This document shows, piece after piece, positions 57,132 through 64,000 of a stretch of DNA of 64,000 bases. The notes beneath the pieces were generated by a model. That model saw nothing but the letters and a program-made list of their open reading frames with translations, was not told where the DNA came from and ran no database searches. Position numbers and translations under genes: made by a program. Location: NCBI GenBank assembly GCA_000993205.1, contig LBVU01000004.1:124113-188112 (forward strand), read 5' to 3'. Position 1 is the first letter of the stretch. Every line of letters starts with the position of its first letter. The stretch is from Candidatus Woesebacteria bacterium GW2011_GWB1_39_10 (lineage in GTDB: Bacteria > Patescibacteriota > Microgenomatia > UBA8517).

Positions 57132-58190
57132 TTAGACCGAGGTTTTCCGATAATTATATTTATTAATCAGTTTAGCTATCTTTTCTACTTCTTTATCCGT
57201 CACAACAGCATCAAGCGGTATGGTTGCAACTCTTGGCCCAACGTATTCTGTAATCGGTAGTTTTTTATTCTTATAACCTTTAAAGGCCGGTTGTTGATGG
57301 AGAGGAGTAAAATTAAAGGAACAGCCAATTCCATTTTCTTTCATGAAATTGAAAAAATCATCTCTATTTTCGACCAAAATTGGGTATAGATGAGTTCCTT
57401 TGTTTTTCAATCCCAAAAGTTTATTATATAAATCCACAACATGGCGCCTTCTCTTTTCAAAACTTGGGAGTCTTTTCAATTGAACTCTGCCAATTGACGA
57501 ATTTAGATCAGTTGTATTAAATTTCCAACCGGAAAATTCAACCGTATAAACCCACTTAGATTGCAGACCATATCTTTTCCAAGCATCGCGTGACAGTCCA
57601 TGGAGTCTGGCCATCCTTAGCCAGTCTGCTACCTTACTATCCGACGTGGTAATCATTCCACCTTCGCCCGTCGTCATATTCTTGGTGGCATAAAAAGAAT
57701 AACAGGAAGCGAAAGCTTTTATATTTTCTCCATCTTTTTCTATTAGATGCGCACTGTCTTCGATTACAGGAATAGATGTTTTGATATGCGCTCTATTCGC
57801 AGCATAATGAACAGGGATAATAGCTTTAGTTTTTTTTGTAATGGCTGCGTCGAGCGACTTCTGGTCCATTGTAAAATCGTCTTCACGGATATCTACAAAA
57901 ACAGGGGTGGCACCACAGTGCACAACCACATTCGCAGTTGCAGCAAAAGTAAAAGAGGGAACAATGACTTCATCGCCATTTTTAATCCCAAGAGCTTTGA
58001 GTGCCAAAAACAACCCTGACGTTGCGCTATTAACCGCTATTGCATGTTTAGCGCCAACATATTTTGCAAATTCTTCCTCAAAAGCTTGCGTTTCGGGACC
58101 CATGGTAAGCCACCCACTTTTTAATACTTTTGTTACTGCTTTTATCTCTTCTTTACCTATACTTGGTCTTTCGAATGGTATTTGTTTCAT
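57132..58190 (-). CDS. DegT/DnrJ/EryC1/StrS-family PLP-dependent sugar aminotransferase (PglE/PseC/ArnB-like)
   Basis: The N-terminus IPFERPSIGKEEIKAVTKVLKSGWLTMGPETQAFEEEFAKYVGAKHAIAVNSATSGL is typical, and the lysine region FYATKNMTTGEGGM is present. Confidence 0.85.
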   Translation of the reverse strand: MKQIPFERPSIGKEEIKAVTKVLKSGWLTMGPETQAFEEEFAKYVGAKHAIAVNSATSGLFLALKALGIKNGDEVIVPSFTFAATANVVVHCGATPVFVDIREDDFTMDQKSLDAAITKKTKAIIPVHYAANRAHIKTSIPVIEDSAHLIEKDGENIKAFASCYSFYATKNMTTGEGGMITTSDSKVADWLRMARLHGLSRDAWKRYGLQSKWVYTVEFSGWKFNTTDLNSSIGRVQLKRLPSFEKRRRHVVDLYNKLLGLKNKGTHLYPILVENRDDFFNFMKENGIGCSFNFTPLHQQPAFKGYKNKKLPITEYVGPRVATIPLDAVVTDKEVEKIAKLINKYNYRKTSV

Positions 58191-58210
58191 ATAGCCATAT
58201 TAAAATAGTA

Positions 58211-59626
58211 TTATCTCACTATATTTATCCCGGGTGCAACACTTCTCAGAATATTGACCACTTCTTTCTTATCGTCCATTTTACGGAGTAGTTTACCTAC
58301 TACATTGACTATATTCACAGCTTCTTTTTTTCCTTTGATTAAAAATATCCGCTCACTAATTGTTTTTTGCTTATCTTCTGTATCATTGATCAGTTTTTCA
58401 TGCAATTTTTCTCCACGCCTAATACCGGAGTACTTTATTTTAATATCAGTTTCTGGGCTCAGACCGGAAAGTTTTATCATAAGCCTGGCCAAGTCGTCAA
58501 TCTTAATCGATTCGCCCATATCAAGCATAAACACTTCTCCCCCATCTTTGATTAAAAAACCTGCATATAAAACCAGCTGAACTGCTTCAGGAATTGTCAT
58601 AAAGTACCTGGTCATTTGTTTGTCTGTCACGATAACCGGACCGCCTTTAGCAATCTGTTTCTTGAACGTAGGGATAACACTTCCTTGGCTTCCTAAGACA
58701 TTTCCAAATCTAACCGAGCAAAATTTTGTCTTCCCTTTCGAATTGTAAAATGTCACTAGTTTCTCTGACAACAATTTAGTTGCGCCCATTATGCTCGACG
58801 GCTCAACTGCTTTATCGGTTGAAATATTAACAAATTTTTTTACTCCGAATTTTATTGCCGACAATATAATATTTTTTGTACCAAACACGTTGTTTTTAAT
58901 TGCTTCTTGCGGAAATTCTTCCATTAAAGGAACGTGCTTATATGCAGCGGCATGAAAAATTATCTCAGGTTTAGTACTATTGAAAATTTCTTCGATTCTT
59001 TTTTTGTCTTGAATATTGGCAACTATGCATTCAAAATCATTTTTGCCTCCGATATCAGATAACTCCAAGCCAAGTTCGTAAAGACCACTCTCCCAAAAAT
59101 CTAAAGCTATCAATTTTTTTGGGTTAAATGACAATATTTGCCTACATATCTCAGAACCAATTGACCCGGCTGCGCCGGTTATTAAAACAGTTTTATTTTT
59201 AAACTCATTCTTAAATAAAGATTGTTCCGATTGAACAATGGCCCTACCAAGTAAATCGCTTATCTCAATTTCCCTGACTTTGGAAAGTTTTACCTTCCCT
59301 TCTACGATTTCTAAAAGTCTGGGAACTATTTTAAAAATGACTTTGTGCTCTTCACAGTTTTTAATAACCTCTCTAATTAAAGAGCCGTTAGCTGATGGTA
59401 TCGCTATAAAAACTTCAGAAATTTTAAATTTTTTGATTAACCTTGAAAGTTCGCTGATTCTACCTATGATTTTAATACCATTTACTTTCTTAAAATTCAA
59501 ATCTTCTTTATCGTCTAGAAAACCTGCAATTTTATACCGATTTCTGAAATGTTTTTGAATTTCCTCCGAAAGTTCTTCGCCGGCAACTCCGGCACCAACA
59601 ATTATTATATTTTCTTTCTTATTCAT
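58211..59626 (-). CDS. UDP-N-acetylglucosamine 4,6-dehydratase, long soluble CapD/PglF/WbpM-like (Polysacc_synt_2 with N-terminal CoA-binding-like domain)
   Basis: IIIVGAGVAGEEL N-terminal domain. The dehydratase domain has VLITGAAGSIGSE, IFHAAAYKHVPLME, ISTDKAVEPSSIMGATK, VRFGNVLGSQGSVIPTF and MTRYFM. 471 aa, with no TM segments. Confidence 0.8.
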   Translation of the reverse strand: MNKKENIIIVGAGVAGEELSEEIQKHFRNRYKIAGFLDDKEDLNFKKVNGIKIIGRISELSRLIKKFKISEVFIAIPSANGSLIREVIKNCEEHKVIFKIVPRLLEIVEGKVKLSKVREIEISDLLGRAIVQSEQSLFKNEFKNKTVLITGAAGSIGSEICRQILSFNPKKLIALDFWESGLYELGLELSDIGGKNDFECIVANIQDKKRIEEIFNSTKPEIIFHAAAYKHVPLMEEFPQEAIKNNVFGTKNIILSAIKFGVKKFVNISTDKAVEPSSIMGATKLLSEKLVTFYNSKGKTKFCSVRFGNVLGSQGSVIPTFKKQIAKGGPVIVTDKQMTRYFMTIPEAVQLVLYAGFLIKDGGEVFMLDMGESIKIDDLARLMIKLSGLSPETDIKIKYSGIRRGEKLHEKLINDTEDKQKTISERIFLIKGKKEAVNIVNVVGKLLRKMDDKKEVVNILRSVAPGINIVR

Positions 59627-60759
59627 ATCTTATTAATAAAATCCATTATTTTTCGCGCCGATTCATTGATGTTGAAATCTCCAGCTGCAACAATGGTATT
59701 TTTTGAAAACCTATTCCTTTTTTTCTTTTGATTTGGCAATTGTACTATTAAATTGGCTAACTGTCTAAAATTCTCTTTTTCAAATGTTACACCTACTTTG
59801 TATTTATTAACCAGATATTTAAGATCCGGTAAATTTGATGCAATTATCGGAGTTCCGACTTTCATTGCCTCAGAAAAAACAAGCGGAATACTATCGCTTC
59901 TGGAAGGAATTACCAACCAATCTGACCCCGCAATGACATTACTTATTTTTTGAAAATCGTTTACATTCCCATAAAAATTTATTTGTTTACCTAAACCATA
60001 TTTCTCGGCTTTTTGTCTAAGCATGACTTGAAGCGACCCCCCCCCAATAAAATTAATTTTGTATTTAGATAAATCATTTCTAACCAGAAACAATGCCTCT
60101 AACAATATATCGGGACCTTTAACAGATTCCATCCGTCCAACAAAAGTTAAAACTATTTTGTTTATTTTTTCCTTGACCATATTGATCTTGAAACTTGCCT
60201 TTGTTGCCGAAGGTATAAAAATACATTTTTTACCCGACAATTCAGTCGTTTTTTCTGCCAAATCAATACCGTCAGCAAAAACAAAATCCGCATTACTCAA
60301 CACACGCTCAATGATCTGTTTAAGGATAGGTTTTTTGCTATAAACATAAATATCAGATCCAAGGCACCATACAACGTATGGTATTCCGAAAATTTTTTTG
60401 GCAATATAAGCAAACACACCCGATGGAAATGCCCACATAACTATGTTTATTGAAATTTTATTTTTCTTGATAAATAGAGGTAGATAATACATTCCTCCAA
60501 TAAAAAAAGCGGTAAATTTTAAAATATCTATCGGGTTCCAAAATCTTAAGCTTCCCAACTTATTACCCTTAGTGACTACAAAGTTAGTTATTTTAACTTT
60601 TCCAATTTTATCGGCGCGGTTATTTTCAATGGGGGTAAGTACGAATACCTTTTCGCTTTCTGCTAATTCCTGGGCAATGTCATTAACAAATATTCCGGCA
60701 TTTTGCCTATCTTTCAAACTTGTTGGAAAATTATGTGTAATAATGCCAATATTTTTCAT
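59623..60759 (-). CDS. Glycosyltransferase family 4
   Basis: SDSIPLVFSEAMKVGTPIIASNLPDLKYLV. The start ATG abuts the TAA of the upstream PMT-like gene. Confidence 0.85.
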   Translation of the reverse strand: MKNIGIITHNFPTSLKDRQNAGIFVNDIAQELAESEKVFVLTPIENNRADKIGKVKITNFVVTKGNKLGSLRFWNPIDILKFTAFFIGGMYYLPLFIKKNKISINIVMWAFPSGVFAYIAKKIFGIPYVVWCLGSDIYVYSKKPILKQIIERVLSNADFVFADGIDLAEKTTELSGKKCIFIPSATKASFKINMVKEKINKIVLTFVGRMESVKGPDILLEALFLVRNDLSKYKINFIGGGSLQVMLRQKAEKYGLGKQINFYGNVNDFQKISNVIAGSDWLVIPSRSDSIPLVFSEAMKVGTPIIASNLPDLKYLVNKYKVGVTFEKENFRQLANLIVQLPNQKKKRNRFSKNTIVAAGDFNINESARKIMDFINKI

Positions 60760-62739
60760 TTATTTAAGTCCCCAAAATTCAATATTTGGCGATTTGAGAA
60801 AGCAGGAATCTGAATCTGGAAACAAAATGCGAAGATATTTTAAATCTCTCGCTGCGAAAAAAAATGGAGATGTGTCTTTGGGCAAATTACCAACACTAAC
60901 CTGGATTGCTGGAATTGATTCCAGCTCGGTTGTCCATTTTACACGATCGAGGGATGTTTCAATATGTGCCGTTGCACTTGTACATTTATTATCTGGTATG
61001 TAATGCAAAAAAAATCGCGTGATCGTTTCTGATTGATTAAATATTATATTTAATTCTTTTTCGCCACTTTCCAAACGATAATCCCAAAGTTTTACCTCAA
61101 GTTTTTGATATTTAGAGTTTGTGTGGGCCAAATCGTTCTTCCAAATTTTAGCAATCGCTACTCCGTCAACTTTGACCTCGTAAACAGGAATCAACACCTT
61201 ATCGACATATTCCCAAACATACGGATAAGCATTATTTTGGCCGCCGTAAATCATCTCAAATAGATACTCCCCACCTCTATTCATACCAGTCCAGTTCATA
61301 TTCCCAAAATCAAGATCCGACCTCAACTGCGGCAACGCAACATTTGAACCCGTGCCTTGTACCAATCCAAGCTTTGCTCCTGGTTCGACGTTTATATTAA
61401 GCCATCTAATTGCTTGCCAATAAGAATTACCAAAACTATTCCCCCAATATGGTATCTTTTTCTGCGAAGCACCTTTTAAACCACCAACCAAAAAGTTGAA
61501 ATACACATTTTCATTTGGATGCAATCTAATCAAAACAACTACTTGGGGTATAAATAAAATAAGCAAAATGCCGAAAATTGTATATTTAGAAAAACTTGTA
61601 TTTTTAATAATCCAGTCAAAAATAACTTTTGCCCCCAATCCAGACAAAAGCGCCATCGCAGGAACATATTCCATTATCTGGCGTATTCCACCATAAATTG
61701 TCGTATTGGGCAACATAACTCTAGAAATAGGAACTAAAAACCACAACAGCCAAAGCCATTCTGTCTTTCTTTTAGACAACTTCCCAAAAAGAATACGCGT
61801 CGTGCCGACTAGCGTCAAGAATAAAGAAAATGGTTGGGTTGTAATTGCGACCCAATAGATCGGAAACAGATTTATTTTCTTAAACAAAAAATATCTAGGA
61901 TCATTGATACCCCCAATGCCGATTCCTTTATAATAACCAAACGCATCAATAAAATTTTTAAGAGGATCTCTCCATAAATAAGGCCAAAGAACTAGAAAAA
62001 TTAAAAATACAATAGCGGGAGAGAAAATAAGCATAAATTTGTAACATTTGGGAATCCCCCTAATCCAAACTCCCGGTTTCCTGAACTTTTCCCGATATCT
62101 AATTAAAAGATATGGAACCAGAATGAAGGGCAAAAAAACAATATTAAACTTCGTACCCAATCCAAAAGCACAAAAAACAAGCGATGTAAGAAGCCAAATC
62201 CAATTACCTTTCTGCAACGATTTCCAAAAAGAAAAAACAGTAATTGTAAAAAATGCAGTTTCTACTGGATCTTTTATGTTGAAATGTGATTCACTAAAAA
62301 AGATTGGATATGTAGCTAGAGTCAGACCACAAACCAAGGCCCCCACAAGGCCGATCTCTTCATAAGCAAAGAGAGTGACAGAAAGCACTGTCAGGGTTGA
62401 AACAAAAATAATGAATAAATGATAACTATCGAGATCTCCTAAAATATTCAACTTTTGATAAAAAATGTAATTAAAAAAAGCTGAAAAAATATCACCCGTC
62501 GGTGGATGAGCACTGTCATTTTTAAGAAAATATGTTCCATTATACGAGTCATTTTGATAATAACTTCTTCGACTTTGATCTTTCGCGTATGTTTTTCGGC
62601 CAGATATTAAATACTGCAAAAACGCCTGCCCGCGCGAATAGTGGATCGAGTCATCCCAGTTAATACCATAATCTTTGAGCGTAACGAAAGAAACAATAAA
62701 AAAAAGAATGGAAACGCCTACGATTATATTTTTTTTCAT
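60760..62739 (-). CDS. PMT/ArnT-family GT-C glycosyltransferase (protein O-mannosyltransferase-like), paralog 2
   Basis: LKDYGINWDDSIHYSRGQAFLQY and YPIFFSESHFNIKDPVE closely parallel 55020..57131. 659 aa. Confidence 0.8.
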   Translation of the reverse strand: MKKNIIVGVSILFFIVSFVTLKDYGINWDDSIHYSRGQAFLQYLISGRKTYAKDQSRRSYYQNDSYNGTYFLKNDSAHPPTGDIFSAFFNYIFYQKLNILGDLDSYHLFIIFVSTLTVLSVTLFAYEEIGLVGALVCGLTLATYPIFFSESHFNIKDPVETAFFTITVFSFWKSLQKGNWIWLLTSLVFCAFGLGTKFNIVFLPFILVPYLLIRYREKFRKPGVWIRGIPKCYKFMLIFSPAIVFLIFLVLWPYLWRDPLKNFIDAFGYYKGIGIGGINDPRYFLFKKINLFPIYWVAITTQPFSLFLTLVGTTRILFGKLSKRKTEWLWLLWFLVPISRVMLPNTTIYGGIRQIMEYVPAMALLSGLGAKVIFDWIIKNTSFSKYTIFGILLILFIPQVVVLIRLHPNENVYFNFLVGGLKGASQKKIPYWGNSFGNSYWQAIRWLNINVEPGAKLGLVQGTGSNVALPQLRSDLDFGNMNWTGMNRGGEYLFEMIYGGQNNAYPYVWEYVDKVLIPVYEVKVDGVAIAKIWKNDLAHTNSKYQKLEVKLWDYRLESGEKELNIIFNQSETITRFFLHYIPDNKCTSATAHIETSLDRVKWTTELESIPAIQVSVGNLPKDTSPFFFAARDLKYLRILFPDSDSCFLKSPNIEFWGLK

Positions 62740-62876
62740 ATGATCAATTTTTTGAAATTATATAAGCTACGTATGTCGTCGGATAAAGTATCTTTTAGGT
62801 TAGTCTTTCAACAACACCCACAAGCTTCAGGTAGCCAGTTAAGATATTTTTGTACTTAAGGGGGAGTTCTCTCATA

Positions 62877-63644
62877 TCACCGGCGATGGCTTCTCTGTTT
62901 TCGAAGCACAAATAAATAATTGGGAATCATTGGATAAAGTATTCTTAGTGCAAAACCTGGGATTTTGAATACGAAAGAATTTTTTTTGATAAGGTCATCC
63001 ACATAATACCTAAACGGGGACCTGATAACTTTCAATGTGAAATCTTCAACTATAAAATTTCCCATCAATTTTTTAATCCCTATTATTGTCCTTAAACGAG
63101 GCTCGTAATATTCACCAGACTTTGTCCATCGTACATAAAAATCGGCAAGCCAAATGGGAAGCCATGAAACAAATGGAAGATTTGGATAGTGCGCATCTCT
63201 AATAACTAATCTGTTGCCGGCACCCAAAAAACAGATTCCATCCTGTTTTAACACGCGATATATTTCATCCATTAATAATTTTGGGTTTTCTGCGTGTTCA
63301 TATATCTGATTTGCTACAATAATATCAAATGAGTTATCTCCGAAAGGGAAGCTACCATCCGGCTTTAATAATTTGAAACTAAGATTTTTCTTTTTATGTT
63401 TGCTCGCCCTGCGAATAGCGACCCTATCAACATCAACCCCAACGACATATCTAAAATATGGCGATAAATATGATGAAATTATTCCTTCCGCACAACCAAC
63501 ATCAAGAAGTTTCGCTTTTTTTATTTGAGGACCAAAAGCATCTTTTAAAATTCTAATGATCTTTTTAGTTTTCCTGAGTCTGCTCTTTTTCTCGTAAACT
63601 AAATCTGCACCATATACCTGACTGTGAAATTGTTTTGTTATCAT
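62877..63644 (-). CDS. Class I SAM-dependent methyltransferase
   Basis: LLDVGCAEGIISSYL motif I and DIIVANQIYEHA motif II. Confidence 0.85.
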   Translation of the reverse strand: MITKQFHSQVYGADLVYEKKSRLRKTKKIIRILKDAFGPQIKKAKLLDVGCAEGIISSYLSPYFRYVVGVDVDRVAIRRASKHKKKNLSFKLLKPDGSFPFGDNSFDIIVANQIYEHAENPKLLMDEIYRVLKQDGICFLGAGNRLVIRDAHYPNLPFVSWLPIWLADFYVRWTKSGEYYEPRLRTIIGIKKLMGNFIVEDFTLKVIRSPFRYYVDDLIKKNSFVFKIPGFALRILYPMIPNYLFVLRKQRSHRR

Positions 63645-63697
63645 ATAGTTAATTCTAACTCAATCGCTTATTTAATTAAAGGAGTGATCTAAGTTGT

Positions 63698-64000
63698 TTA
63701 GCCGATATTTTGATTTCGCCCCTCGACAACCTTTAAACTCAATTTGCGTGAAATTCTCCATTCAAAATTTTTAACCCATTTTTTTGATGTGTTACATAAA
63801 CGCCGATATCTAGAGTCAGATTTTAATATTTCATTAACTGAATTAAATAATCCCAAGGGGGTATTGTCTCTTACAAAAATTCCGCTTTCACCATGCTTTA
63901 CAGAATCTACCAAGCCTGAAGATTTGTACGCTACAACGGGGGTTCCAACGGCATTGGCTTCAATATTCACAAGGCCCCAACCTTCATGAGCAGATGGATT
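63698..64000 (-). CDS. Glycosyltransferase family 4, C-terminal part; gene continues beyond the window end
   Basis: The reverse complement through the window end reads ...NPSAHEGWGLVNIEANAVGTPVVAYKSSGLVDSV (the GT4 EX7E region). The listed 90-aa ORF is an internal-Met truncation. Confidence 0.7.
   Translation of the reverse strand, partial: NPSAHEGWGLVNIEANAVGTPVVAYKSSGLVDSVKHGESGIFVRDNTPLGLFNSVNEILKSDSRYRRLCNTSKKWVKNFEWRISRKLSLKVVEGRNQNIG

Noticed and set aside
62725-62739. Homopolymeric A8 tract at codons 2-4 of the PMT-like gene (MKKNII) as a slippage switch
   Set aside because: Lys-rich N-termini with A-runs are ubiquitous in this AT-rich sequence (similar runs at 27820 and 51361). There is no evidence beyond composition.
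1-64000. Mobile element, prophage or integron boundaries
   Set aside because: There is no integrase, transposase, recombinase or phage structural gene. There are no flanking direct repeats, and the composition is uniform. The only duplication (35880-36000 versus 37061-37190) is internal paralog decay, not an IS.

Overview
The whole 64-kb window is one dense, AT-rich (roughly one-third GC by eye) cell-surface glycan / glycoconjugate biosynthesis locus. There is almost no non-coding DNA. Many genes abut or overlap by 1-4 bp (ATGA and TAATG junctions, and TAA followed directly by ATG at 60757-60762). I could support about 58 protein-coding genes and found no rRNA, tRNA, CRISPR array, transposase or integrase. 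Genes from 1 to 30162 are all on the minus strand and co-directional (about 26 genes). After that, short plus- and minus-strand blocks alternate. The window contains about 10 GT4-type (GT-B fold) glycosyltransferases, including three atypical paralogs and two partial genes that run off the window ends. It contains about 10 GT2 glycosyltransferases; three are GtrB/DPM1-like polyprenyl-phosphate sugar synthases and one is fused to a degenerate methyltransferase-like domain. It contains about 10 large polytopic membrane proteins of GT-C type. Four are clearly ArnT/PMT-like and carry the DE/WD..H.SRGQ acidic-loop motif. One is O-antigen-ligase/Wzy_C-like. Five are large uncharacterized proteins (562-1163 aa) that I consider the best candidates for undescribed glycosyltransferase families. 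A Wzx-type flippase is present, and so are seven class-I SAM methyltransferases. Nucleotide-sugar enzymes are UDP-galactopyranose mutase (Glf), GDP-L-fucose synthase (Fcl), a PglF-like long and a PseB-like short UDP-GlcNAc 4,6-dehydratase, a DegT aminotransferase, four further SDR epimerase/dehydratases and a UDP-sugar dehydrogenase. Two hexapeptide acetyltransferases, an AsnB-type amidotransferase, an alpha/beta hydrolase and a few small hypothetical membrane or secreted proteins complete the gene set. No initiating phosphoglycosyltransferase (WbaP or WecA type) is visible in the window. Non-coding and structural features are: heptanucleotide tandem repeats inside a GT2 coding sequence; a 24-bp perfect palindrome; a GC-rich 200-bp intergenic island; and a roughly 150-bp decayed duplicate of the 3' end of one large membrane-protein gene sitting upstream of its paralog. 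The organism is most likely a small-genome bacterium (candidate-phyla-radiation-like or other low-GC). TGA is used as a stop codon and Shine-Dalgarno sequences are weak or absent; -10-like TATAAT boxes sit very close to start codons.
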